DNA from: a virus
Lineage: Duplodnaviria; Caudoviricetes
Virus record (IMG/VR): IMGVR_UViG_3300011415_000021
Location: 1-35,518 of that record
Reading direction: 5' to 3' (one strand)
Length of the DNA: 35,518 bases
Of the stretch, positions 15,909-24,760 are shown piece after piece. A model generated the notes under the pieces. It worked only from the letters and a program-made list of their open reading frames with translations, searched no databases and was not told the origin of the DNA. The position numbers were made by a program, and so were the translations under genes. Positions within the stretch are counted from its first letter, which is position 1. Each line of letters opens with the position of its first letter.

Positions 15909-16666
15909 GTCCGCTCCTAACGCTCCAAGGCACACCACTCGAAACCGAATCGGTCATCGCACTGATTCCCGCGCGCGGTGGGAGTAAGCGACTCCCTGGT
16001 AAGAACACGAAGCTGTTAGCGGGGCATCCGCTGATCGCGTACACCATTGCCGCCGCGCAACAGTCGAAAGTCTTTCAGCAGATTGTCGTGTCGACCGACA
16101 GTGACGAGGCGACACAGATTGCGCTCTCGATGGGCGCGGGGGTGATTCAGCGTCCCGCGAAGTATGCGAGCGATGACAGCCCAGACATTGAGTGGGTACG
16201 CCATGCGTTGATGAGCCAGAGCATTGCGGATGAAGGGCACGAGTGCTTTGCCATTCTGCGCCCCACATCCCCATTTAGAACCGCAGCGACGATTCAGCGT
16301 GCGTGGGCGGAATACGAGCGCAGCCCGTGTGACAGTTTGCGGGCCGTGGAAGTCGTGAAGGTGAACCCGCACAAGATGTTCTACCTGAACAACTGCGAAC
16401 TGATTCCAATCCTGCCGACCTACGATGTGCCGCCGTGGCACTCAAGACCGACGCAGACCTTGCCATGGGTGGTGCAGCAGAATGCCAGCTTGGAGTTCAG
16501 CAAGTGCAGCCTCGTGCGCGATCGGTTGTTCCCGAGTATTACGGGGCCACGCATCTGGGGGTTCCTTAATCCTGAGCCAGAGGGATTTGATCTTAATACC
16601 GTCGAAGAATTTGAGAAGGCCGAGCGCATGGTGGCGAGCGGGGAATGGAGGCTGCCTAGTGTTTAG
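15905..16666 (+). CDS. neuA: acylneuraminate cytidylyltransferase (CMP-nonulosonate synthetase)
   Basis: ALIPARGGSKRLPGKN...VVSTD...RPAKYASD...LRPTSPFR...QNAS...DLNTVEEF. Confidence 0.92.
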   Translation: MSPLLTLQGTPLETESVIALIPARGGSKRLPGKNTKLLAGHPLIAYTIAAAQQSKVFQQIVVSTDSDEATQIALSMGAGVIQRPAKYASDDSPDIEWVRHALMSQSIADEGHECFAILRPTSPFRTAATIQRAWAEYERSPCDSLRAVEVVKVNPHKMFYLNNCELIPILPTYDVPPWHSRPTQTLPWVVQQNASLEFSKCSLVRDRLFPSITGPRIWGFLNPEPEGFDLNTVEEFEKAERMVASGEWRLPSV

Positions 16667-16820
16667 GGTGCTACGGATTTTAGGCACGCTCATATTGTGC
16701 AGTCTCGCTGGAGGGCTTCTTGTTGTGCTCGCTGGCTATCCAAGCGTGGGTGGCGCACTGCTACTAGTCTGCATGGCGTCGATGTTCTCAGCGGCACTGA
16801 TTCTGTTGTGGTGGGCATGA
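16659..16820 (+). CDS. 53-aa two-TM membrane peptide
   Basis: Fills the gap between neuA and the next gene, overlapping both; strongly hydrophobic. Confidence 0.5.
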   Translation: MFRVLRILGTLILCSLAGGLLVVLAGYPSVGGALLLVCMASMFSAALILLWWA

Positions 16821-17812
16821 CCAGATTCGATCTCTGGTCACGCTACGTCGCCCACACGAAGCGCCCGATCTTCATCGGTCCATGGCGTGAGGAAATCGGG
16901 AGCGAGGTAATTTATCATCTTCCCTTCGTCGCACAGTGGTGTCACAAATACAACATTACCGCCGACAGGCTGGTGGCTATTTCTAGGGGAGGCGCGTCAT
17001 TTTGGTACGGCGCCGGCAAAGCCATCGAGCTCTACGACTACTGGCCGCCCGCCGACATTCGCCTCGAAACACTCAAGAGCAGCCAGCGGCATGGCACGGT
17101 GAAACCCCAAGTAATCAGCGATCTGGAATACGCGCTGTATCAGACACTGAGCGCGCGACTCGGCATTCGACGCTTCCATGTGCTCCATCCGAGTGAAATG
17201 TATCGCCAACTGGCTCGATGGAATGCCGACGACATGAGCTTGGCGGAGGTGATGAGCCATCTGCGGTTTACCCAAATTCCCACCCCGCACATACCGCTGA
17301 GCGTTGTGCTGCCCGAAGCATATACCTGCGTGCGCTTCTATCAACGGCATACCTGGCCATTCACCGAGGAAATCAAGGACTACTGCACGCAGATCGTGGC
17401 AGAACTGGCGAAGCACACCCCCGTGGTGGTGATTGGCTCGAGCCTCCACCACGACGATCATCTGGACCTGAGCTTTGAGGGCCCGAACATCACCAACCTG
17501 ATGGACGCCTTCCCGGTGCGCGAGAACCTCGCATTACAGTCCGCCATCATCGCGCGGAGCAGGGCGTTTGTCGGCACCTACGGCGGCACGATGCAACTGG
17601 CGGTACGGTTAGGCAAGCCGAGTGTGGGGTTCTATTTAGAGTTCAAGGGCACGAGTTACGGCCATAAGAGCCTCACGGAATGGCTGGCGATGAAACAGCA
17701 ACTGCCCATTTTCATTGGGACACCGCAGCAAGCGGATCTCGTGCGGAGCGTGGTGAGTGTGCCGCTGGAACTGCCACAGCCAGCGGGGAGCAGTTCAGGG
17801 GTGATGGGATGA
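16817..17812 (+). CDS. putative GT-B glycosyltransferase with GT9-like C-terminus (candidate nonulosonate transferase)
   Basis: SAIIARSRAFVGTYGGTMQLAVRLGKPSVGF parallels the GT9 motif (A.LFIGNDSGPMHLA.ALG.P.V.LF); follows neuA. Confidence 0.6.
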   Translation: MTRFDLWSRYVAHTKRPIFIGPWREEIGSEVIYHLPFVAQWCHKYNITADRLVAISRGGASFWYGAGKAIELYDYWPPADIRLETLKSSQRHGTVKPQVISDLEYALYQTLSARLGIRRFHVLHPSEMYRQLARWNADDMSLAEVMSHLRFTQIPTPHIPLSVVLPEAYTCVRFYQRHTWPFTEEIKDYCTQIVAELAKHTPVVVIGSSLHHDDHLDLSFEGPNITNLMDAFPVRENLALQSAIIARSRAFVGTYGGTMQLAVRLGKPSVGFYLEFKGTSYGHKSLTEWLAMKQQLPIFIGTPQQADLVRSVVSVPLELPQPAGSSSGVMG

Positions 17813-17949
17813 GGGCCGTGTTGTATTTCATCCTCGCCGTTATTAGTAGCGTCATGGGCTTATGCGGCGCGCCTATAACCAGCAACGAATGGTTGCTATT
17901 CGCGGTGGTATTCACAGGGTTGTTTGCGTGCACCGTGGAGAAGCGGTGA
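17809..17949 (+). CDS. 46-aa two-TM membrane peptide
   Basis: MRAVLYFILAVISSVMGL...WLLFAVVFTGLFAC; ATGA and GTGA overlaps. Confidence 0.55.
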   Translation: MRAVLYFILAVISSVMGLCGAPITSNEWLLFAVVFTGLFACTVEKR

Positions 17950-18149
17950 CCCACGATCCCACCTGTCCCCGCTGTGGCGCCAAGAACTCCTGCATCAAGA
18001 AAACCTTGGGCAGCGTGGCCGGTAGTTTACGGCGCCGACGTGAGTGTGTGTGTGGCTTCCGCTTCACCACCTACGAGCAAGTCGCGACCATGCCGAGGCT
18101 CAGAGCCTTGTTTGTCTCGCTCTGTTTCGGCAGAGATTTGAGCAGCTAG
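17946..18149 (+). CDS. second NrdR-N-terminal-like Zn-ribbon protein
   Basis: CPRCG...LRRRRECVCGFRFTTYE. Confidence 0.75.
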   Translation: MTHDPTCPRCGAKNSCIKKTLGSVAGSLRRRRECVCGFRFTTYEQVATMPRLRALFVSLCFGRDLSS

Positions 18150-18238
18150 GCCACATCTAACCCCTCAACTGCACGAGTCGCACGATTCCGCTTTACTCTC
18201 AGAACATCACGTCACTTTCCAAAGTAGACCGATTCTAG

Positions 18239-18502
18239 ATGGCAACAGGCCGCAAGACCGGCGGACGCGCCAAGGGTACGCCCAACAAGTCCACCAAGGA
18301 GATTCGGGAGCAGCTTGAGAACTTATTCACGCCCGAGTACTTCACCAGCCTACCGATGCGATTGGCCGAGGGGAAGCTGGCCCCGCAGATTGAAGCCAAG
18401 TTACTCGCCTATCGCTTTGGGGAACCGAAACAGCAAATGGAACTCAGCGGCCACGTGACCATGCCCAATATCGTGCTGAAGGAATATGCCGGTCGCGACT
18501 GA
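18239..18502 (+). CDS. terS: terminase small subunit
   Basis: GRKTGGRAKGTPNKST N-terminus; directly upstream of terL. Confidence 0.7.
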   Translation: MATGRKTGGRAKGTPNKSTKEIREQLENLFTPEYFTSLPMRLAEGKLAPQIEAKLLAYRFGEPKQQMELSGHVTMPNIVLKEYAGRD

Positions 18503-20045
18503 GACGCCCACGCTCGAGATGGCGTTCAAGGGGGACATGTGGGAGTTCATGTGCGACCGCACGCGCTATATCGATCTTGAGGGCGCGTTTCGGTCTGGCA
18601 AGACGACAGCGGCGGCGTGGAAGATCTTTAAGTCTTGCTGCGACCATCCAGGGATCCACTGGCTCATCTGCCGCTATAGCGATGGCGACACGCAGTCCAA
18701 GCTCAAGCCGGTCTGGCGCAAGGTGCTGATTGAGGCGGGCGTGGCGGCGAAGTGGGATCCCGATGGGCAATTCGACACGCTGCCGAATGGGCCAGACCCT
18801 CGTGACCCCTACACGGGCGGCTCACGGGTCTACGTCTTTGGCCTGAAGGCACAAGACGCCTCGATGCGGTACGCGAAGCTGCGCGGGTTGACGCTGGCGG
18901 GCATCTGGAACGATCAGTCAGAAGAGTTGCCCTACGACGTGTACCTCGAGCTCAAGGGCCGCATGTCGCAGCCGCGCATGCCGCATCAGATGCTCTTGAC
19001 GCCGAACCCGATGGAAGAGAACTCGTGGTTGGCGACGGAGTTTCCCGAAGACAACCACGTCAAGAACCACAAGTACTACCGCGTCAGCATCTACGAGAAC
19101 GAGCACAACCTGTCACCCGAAACCATTCCAGGCCTGCTCGATGCGTACCCGCCCGGCCACGTGAAGCATGGCCCTGCGATTCTCGGCACACGCGGCTTGA
19201 ACGTGACTGGGCAGCCGGTCTACGGCGCTCTTGATCCCCGCAAACCAGAAGAGGCGGCGTTCCAGCGGAAGATTCACGAGCGCGAGATCGACATGGACCC
19301 CGATCTGCCGCTCTACGAAGCGATTGACTTTGGCAAGCATCACCCGTGCGCGGTCTGGGCGCAGTACACCCCATGGGCGGAACTGCGGCTAGTGGGAGGG
19401 GTGTTTGGCTTGAATCTCTACCTGGAAGACTTCGCACCGATTATTCAGGAATACCGCACACGGTGGTTCCCCAACGCGCTTGAGGTGCGGACCTGTTGCG
19501 ATCCCGCCGGCAGCCACAACAACTCACATGGCGTGAAGAGCAACGGCGTGGAAGTCCTGAAGGATTACAGCTTCTTTCCCACCTACAAAGACGACTCCAA
19601 CAGCCCAGCGGTGCGCGTAGCGATGGTGGAGCGCATTGCGGGCTACATGCGGCGCCGCGGGCCTCGTGGGGAAGCGTTCGGCATCGACAACCGCCATTGG
19701 GTACGTGTGAGCGCGAAGAAAGTGGTCCCACACAAGTTCGTCGCGGATGGGTGTGAGGCGGGTTACGTCTGGGACGAGCATATGGTGTCGGTCGGCTCCA
19801 AGCAGATTCGCAAGCCGAAGAAAGACGGCTGGTATGAGCACGGCCAGAACTGCATGGAGTATCTCGAGCACAACTTTGGCGGGGTGCAGCCGACCTTAGA
19901 GCAGGCGGCCCGCCATGCGACATCGGTGCGGAAGCAGAAGCAGCGGGAAGATCCAGCGACACGCGAGATTGAGAAGTACATGCGGCTGGCGAATGTGGGC
20001 GTGCCGTATAACGAGCGGTCACGGACAGGGAGAGGTGGCTATTGA
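18486..20045 (+). CDS. terL: terminase large subunit
   Basis: Walker A GAFRSGKT, Walker B-like IWNDQSEE, coupling motif LTPNP, nuclease AIDFG and DPAG. Confidence 0.92.
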   Translation: MPVATETPTLEMAFKGDMWEFMCDRTRYIDLEGAFRSGKTTAAAWKIFKSCCDHPGIHWLICRYSDGDTQSKLKPVWRKVLIEAGVAAKWDPDGQFDTLPNGPDPRDPYTGGSRVYVFGLKAQDASMRYAKLRGLTLAGIWNDQSEELPYDVYLELKGRMSQPRMPHQMLLTPNPMEENSWLATEFPEDNHVKNHKYYRVSIYENEHNLSPETIPGLLDAYPPGHVKHGPAILGTRGLNVTGQPVYGALDPRKPEEAAFQRKIHEREIDMDPDLPLYEAIDFGKHHPCAVWAQYTPWAELRLVGGVFGLNLYLEDFAPIIQEYRTRWFPNALEVRTCCDPAGSHNNSHGVKSNGVEVLKDYSFFPTYKDDSNSPAVRVAMVERIAGYMRRRGPRGEAFGIDNRHWVRVSAKKVVPHKFVADGCEAGYVWDEHMVSVGSKQIRKPKKDGWYEHGQNCMEYLEHNFGGVQPTLEQAARHATSVRKQKQREDPATREIEKYMRLANVGVPYNERSRTGRGGY

Positions 20046-20143
20046 TTCGACACATCCAGACCACAGGCACATTCCCCGCGATCTACAAGGGCACCAAGCA
20101 GACCATCGGGGGCAAGAAGCCAAAGGGTGGGAAGAAATGCTGA
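20042..20143 (+). CDS. 33-aa Lys/Gly-rich basic peptide (not in ORF track)
   Basis: TTG start overlaps the terL stop; GGAGAGG RBS; ...GTKQTIGGKKPKGGKKC. Confidence 0.4.
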   Translation: MIRHIQTTGTFPAIYKGTKQTIGGKKPKGGKKC

Positions 20144-20328
20144 TTACCGCTGAGATGGCGCTCCTCAAGAAATACATCGCTCATGTGTTGTGCATCGAGG
20201 GTTCGACGCTCCTTATGGAGCATTTCAACGACGCGTTTTCCGAGGAGGAGTGGCGCGTGCTTCAGGAATTACGCGAAGAGGTGCACAGGGAAGAAAAGCA
20301 ACGGCACGCCGGGTTTCCGACGTGTTAA
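20137..20328 (+). CDS. hypothetical protein
   Basis: MLITAEMALLKKYIAHV...FSEEEWRVLQEL. Confidence 0.55.
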   Translation: MLITAEMALLKKYIAHVLCIEGSTLLMEHFNDAFSEEEWRVLQELREEVHREEKQRHAGFPTC

Positions 20329-20498
20329 GCGCGATCATCGCGTGGTGGGCGCTGCGCTGCGAGAAACAAGCCGCACGGCGGCAAGCCTATCGCCACATGG
20401 CGGTGATTGCCCATGCGGTCTACACCGGCAGCACGGAGGCGTACACGTTGACCCCGGATCTGCCGCGCTCGAGCAATAGCACCGAGGTGCACTGGTAA
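20322..20498 (+). CDS. hypothetical protein
   Basis: Fills the gap up to the portal start. Confidence 0.45.
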   Translation: MLSAIIAWWALRCEKQAARRQAYRHMAVIAHAVYTGSTEAYTLTPDLPRSSNSTEVHW

Positions 20499-22511
20499 AT
20501 GGCCAAGCAGCCCCGCACGCCCTACGACATTCAGCTTAGCGATGACCAGCGCGAGAAGCTCGCCATCTGGCTCTCGGAACAACTCGACAACGCGATCAAC
20601 AGCCGCAGCACCAGCGAGAAAGAGATTGCCTACTGGCACACGCTCTATGAGCAGGGCCGCACACGCGGCGCGGGGATTTCGCCGTGGCCCGATGCCGCGG
20701 ATCTGACCTCGGCAATAGGCACCGAGAAGGTCGACGCGATGCGCGCGCGCATTGTGCGAACCATCTTCAGCGAACAGGTCTACACCGTGGAAGGCTGGGG
20801 CGATGCAGCCTCACGCGCACCCTTCGTGGAAGAGTTCCACAACTGGCAGATCGAGGTGATGGGCTTTCAGGGTGTAGTCAGTAAGGCCGTGCATCTGAGC
20901 CTGATTGAACCCATGGGCGTGCTCGAGGTCTACGAAGACCATATCCGTCGACCGATTCGGAAGCAGATTCGTGCGGGGTTGCAACTTGGGCCAGATGGGG
21001 CGCCACTGATTGGTGAAGACATGCAGCCGGTGCTGATGTCAGACCCGATGACGGGTAAGTATGCGGAGGTGCCTGAAGTCGACCCGATGACCCAGCAGCC
21101 GATTCCGTCGGCGGAAGTCGTGGTGGACGATTACGAGTATGTCTGCCATGGCCCACGGTGTCGTGCGATTGCCTATCGGGACTATTTCCAACTCCCGCAT
21201 CACGCCAAAGAGAAAAGCGAAGTCTGGGGCCACGCGAAGCGGTTCTTCCGCTCCGTGGATGCGCTCAATGAGCGTGTGGTGGCGGGCCATTACGACAAAG
21301 CCGCCGTTGACGAGCTCGGCACCGACGACGAGCGAGCCAGTGATACCACGCCTGCGGATGAGCAAAAGCCAGTCGCACCGAAAGAAGGCGGCCTTGCCGA
21401 AAAAGAACTCTTCGAGCTCACGTTCCTGGCTGAGTTGGATAAAACAGGCCGCCGTTGGTATGTGGCCACGGTCCACAAGGACAAAACCGTGCTGCTCCGC
21501 CTCAAATACGATGACATTGGGCAGCCACGCTACTTTGCGCTGGTGCCCTGTCCACGACCGGATAGTCTCGAGGGCTATTCCTTCATCGGTCACAAGCTGA
21601 TTACCCCCATCGAAGAGAACACCGCGTGGCGCAACATGCTCGCGGATCGGGGCTCAATGGAAGTCCAAGGCGGCTGGAAGCTGCAAACCGGGGCGCTGTG
21701 GGATCCTGACCATGATCCCATGGGACCACGCACCGTGATTCGCGTCCGCAGCATGGACGAATTGCAGCCGATTGAGATTCCGCAGATGACGGCTCCTGCG
21801 AGGGAGCGGATCATCGACACGGAACGGCAGGCCGAGAAATTGGCCGGGATGAGCGACATCGCCAGTGGCAGCCAGCCCAATGAGGATCGGACCCTCGGCG
21901 AAACCCAGCTCATCGCGGTCAACTCTGAAGTCCGCATTGACGAGATCGTGCGGAATATCCAGGAGCCGCTCGAGGAGATCGGGCAAGTGCTCCACATCAT
22001 GTGGAAACGGGCCTTGGGCGAGATGGACGAAGGCATGGAGCTCCCGCAGTCTGTGCTGAGTGGCTTGGAGTCGCGGGGCGCGGATGTCACGCAGTACCTG
22101 CCGAACAAGCGCATGACCGTCGCGATGATGGAAGGCGCGTTCAAGTTCAAGCCCAAGGGCAGCGTGGAGACGGCGGACAAGCCACGGCAACAGAAGCTGT
22201 TCGCGGAGGGCTTACAAGCCCTTGCGGGGATCATCCAGTTTAATCCGATGATTGGGGCCATTGTGCAGCAGCCGATGGTCGCCAAGGCGCTGGTGGAGCG
22301 GTGGATCTACCTCTACGGGGGCGGGATGGATAAAGCCGCGTTCTTGGGGCCGATGGCGATGCAGATGCTGGCGATGCAGATGCAGACACCAGGGGCGATA
22401 CCGGGGATGCCGGGCCCGCAAGCGCCGATGCAGCCGGGGCAGGATCCGAACAGTCCACCTGAGCCACCGGAAGCGCCGAATGTGGGCGCGTTAGGAGCGC
22501 CACCCGCATGA
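20499..22511 (+). CDS. portal protein (large, P22/podovirus-like)
   Basis: 670 aa after terL; AEKLAGMSDIASG...RTLGETQ; Pro/Gln/Met-rich C-tail. Confidence 0.85.
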   Translation: MAKQPRTPYDIQLSDDQREKLAIWLSEQLDNAINSRSTSEKEIAYWHTLYEQGRTRGAGISPWPDAADLTSAIGTEKVDAMRARIVRTIFSEQVYTVEGWGDAASRAPFVEEFHNWQIEVMGFQGVVSKAVHLSLIEPMGVLEVYEDHIRRPIRKQIRAGLQLGPDGAPLIGEDMQPVLMSDPMTGKYAEVPEVDPMTQQPIPSAEVVVDDYEYVCHGPRCRAIAYRDYFQLPHHAKEKSEVWGHAKRFFRSVDALNERVVAGHYDKAAVDELGTDDERASDTTPADEQKPVAPKEGGLAEKELFELTFLAELDKTGRRWYVATVHKDKTVLLRLKYDDIGQPRYFALVPCPRPDSLEGYSFIGHKLITPIEENTAWRNMLADRGSMEVQGGWKLQTGALWDPDHDPMGPRTVIRVRSMDELQPIEIPQMTAPARERIIDTERQAEKLAGMSDIASGSQPNEDRTLGETQLIAVNSEVRIDEIVRNIQEPLEEIGQVLHIMWKRALGEMDEGMELPQSVLSGLESRGADVTQYLPNKRMTVAMMEGAFKFKPKGSVETADKPRQQKLFAEGLQALAGIIQFNPMIGAIVQQPMVAKALVERWIYLYGGGMDKAAFLGPMAMQMLAMQMQTPGAIPGMPGPQAPMQPGQDPNSPPEPPEAPNVGALGAPPA

Positions 22512-22801
22512 GCGACCTCAGCAAGCAAGACTGGTCGGACTGGTTGCAACTCCCCGCCACCCAAGCGTACCTCACGCACATCGAGCGCGAATGGGGCGCG
22601 GGCGGGACACGCTTCGAGAGCACGCTGAACAAGTTCGCCGACTCATTGGAAGAGGATCGCAAGGTGCTCGATCAGATTCGGCAGATTGCGGTGTGTCGCC
22701 GTGAGATTCTGAAGCTGAAAGAGTGGCCGCGTGAGGAAATTCAGCGGCTGAAGAACCTCGAGCCGCAGCCAGTCGGCATGTCCCGCCGTGGTGCGCTGTG
22801 A
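22508..22801 (+). CDS. small helical protein of the head module
   Basis: ATGA-coupled to the portal. Confidence 0.65.
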   Translation: MSDLSKQDWSDWLQLPATQAYLTHIEREWGAGGTRFESTLNKFADSLEEDRKVLDQIRQIAVCRREILKLKEWPREEIQRLKNLEPQPVGMSRRGAL

Positions 22802-23154
22802 AAGTCGAAGGCGACGTGATTGACGTGCCCCCAGAGACACCCACGCTGCCGTTTCGGCCCTTGGGTGCGCGTGTGGTGATCAAGGCCGATGTAGAAGACC
22901 ATGCCCCCGAAACCCTTGCGTCTGGTCTGGTCACAGCCACATCCCTCGCCGCAGCGGTGGAAGGGTCTGACGCGGAAGATAGCTGGTTTGTGGGCACGGT
23001 GGTGGGCCTCGGGCCGGAGCAGAGCAAAGACCCCATCGTCCTCGGTGATCGCGTCATCTTCAGTTGGGCCGCCGGTCAGCAGTTGACCATCGATAACGTG
23101 CGGTACGTGGTGTTACATCACAGCGAAGTCTTAGCCGTATTGGAGTCTGCATGA
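22798..23154 (+). CDS. groES: co-chaperonin GroES/Cpn10-like protein
   Basis: FRPLGARVVIK...TLASGLV...GTVVGLGP...GDRVIFSWAAGQQLTIDNVRYVVLHHSEVLAVLE. Confidence 0.88.
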   Translation: MKVEGDVIDVPPETPTLPFRPLGARVVIKADVEDHAPETLASGLVTATSLAAAVEGSDAEDSWFVGTVVGLGPEQSKDPIVLGDRVIFSWAAGQQLTIDNVRYVVLHHSEVLAVLESA

Positions 23155-24026
23155 CCGACGAAAACCAGTTACTGTCGATTGAAGATCCGTTTCCCGGCGA
23201 GTCACCGGCACCTGAACCCGAGCCAGTCACGTCACTTGACGTAGATGAGCCTGAACCTGAAGGCATCGTCGAAGTCTCGCCCGGCCGGCGCATGGTCGAC
23301 GTGTCTGTTGTGGCCGCGGAGCGCAAGAAGGCCCGCGAGAATGCCGAGAAAGGCGTCCGCGAGCGCGAACTGGCTCCACTGAAAGCCAAGGCCGATGCAC
23401 TGGAACAGGCACTCGAGACCGTGAAACCGCATCTGGCGCGGCTCCACGAGATGAGCCAGCCGAAGCCTCAGCCGCAGGATCCGGTCTCACAAGTCACGGA
23501 TGCCGAAGCGGAGCAGGAAGCTCGCGATCTTCAGCTCTACACCAAAGACAGCACGCTCGACATCGCCACGGCGAAGAAGATCATCGCGCGGCGGCGCATG
23601 GAGACGGATCGGGCGGCCTCGAGTGCCGCCCAACAGGCGATTGCCCCGTATGTGCAGGACAACGCGCAGCAGCGCATGGGTCAGCAGTTTGCGATGATGG
23701 TGAACGAGCTCGGCGCAGACGACATTCTGACGAAGGAAGAACTCGCGCAGCAGTTTGTGGAGCTCGGGCCGGATCTCGCGCAGCATCCACAAGTGGCGCG
23801 TGTGGCGCTTGAGCGGGCGGTAGGGCAGAAGTATCTCCAGCGCAAGGGCAGAGCCACCCAAGCGCCACAACGTGAACCGGTGCTGTCTGAAGCCCCAGGT
23901 GGGCGGATCGCGCAGGACTTCACCATCACGGAGCGCGCGGGCAAGATGGGGCTGACCAAAGACGATCTGAAAACGAGTGCGAAAACCTTCACGCCGGGTG
24001 GCGTGTCACCGATCGGGAGCTGGTAA
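23151..24026 (+). CDS. putative capsid scaffolding protein
   Basis: Acidic Pro-rich N-terminus, VAAERKK coiled coil, position between portal and capsid. Confidence 0.7.
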   Translation: MTDENQLLSIEDPFPGESPAPEPEPVTSLDVDEPEPEGIVEVSPGRRMVDVSVVAAERKKARENAEKGVRERELAPLKAKADALEQALETVKPHLARLHEMSQPKPQPQDPVSQVTDAEAEQEARDLQLYTKDSTLDIATAKKIIARRRMETDRAASSAAQQAIAPYVQDNAQQRMGQQFAMMVNELGADDILTKEELAQQFVELGPDLAQHPQVARVALERAVGQKYLQRKGRATQAPQREPVLSEAPGGRIAQDFTITERAGKMGLTKDDLKTSAKTFTPGGVSPIGSW

Positions 24027-24505
24027 TGGCCAAAGATAAGCCGAAGATTTCTGTCATCGAACGACGCTTACAGGGCAAGAGTGCCCTCCAAAGCACCTCA
24101 CAGCCGATTCCGCTGAAAGAGAAGGGCTGGACCCTCCGTTGGGAGAACAGCGAGATCCGCCCCGATCAAATCTGGCACTGCCTGAACGTGTTGGGCTGGG
24201 AATACGTGGCCGCGAGCGATATTACCTGCCCGCTCGAGGAAATCGGCGCCAACGAGCGCGATCTGCGGGTGGTCCGAGGGGTCCGTGGGCAAGAAGTGCT
24301 GCTGAAGATGCGCCAGAGCGACAAGCGGAAGATTCAGGCGATGAAAACGCAGGAGAACATCGACCTGACGTTTAACAAGAAGAAAGTCGGCGACGCCGCG
24401 ATGAATGCGGTGGGCTCTGAGTTCGGATCGGAAGCGGCTGAGTTCGTACGCAGCGCGAAGGTGGACATTACCGACTCGCGGGAGACGGTCGCCTTAGACG
24501 AGTAA
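24026..24505 (+). CDS. hypothetical head-module protein
   Basis: GWTLRWEN...LGWEYV...VLLKM; coupled to the scaffold gene. Confidence 0.65.
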   Translation: MAKDKPKISVIERRLQGKSALQSTSQPIPLKEKGWTLRWENSEIRPDQIWHCLNVLGWEYVAASDITCPLEEIGANERDLRVVRGVRGQEVLLKMRQSDKRKIQAMKTQENIDLTFNKKKVGDAAMNAVGSEFGSEAAEFVRSAKVDITDSRETVALDE

Positions 24506-24548
24506 GGGCTACCGCTAGCACATCAGCGCGGATCGTGTCGCTTTCGTG

Positions 24549-24760
24549 TTGTAGCGATCGTAGACCTCTGTAGGATGAAACTGTAAGACGCTGCGCCCGA
24601 GCGAATCGGGCGGCAAGTTCGGGCCTCTCAGCCGCGCTCCTGAGAGCGTTAACCGCCGATGTCATGTGCGGGTGTCGGTCTGCGAGCCTGACGGTTCGGA
24701 TTGGCTCGAAGCCGCGCTCCCCCTTTCCCGAACCACATCTGCACGAAAGGTGTGGCTTCA
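24549..24760 (+). ncRNA. putative promoter and highly structured leader of the capsid operon
   Basis: TTGTAG-16bp-TAGGAT (24549-24576), then six predicted stems and an 11-nt direct repeat. Confidence 0.45.

Noticed and set aside
16659-17949. Two-TM peptides as holins
   Set aside because: No endolysin is adjacent. They could equally be membrane partners of the glycosyltransferases, so they were left unassigned.
12510-18165. NrdR boxes after the two Zn-ribbon genes (CTATTAGTGG, CCACATCTA)
   Set aside because: Only half-site resemblance; no full palindrome.
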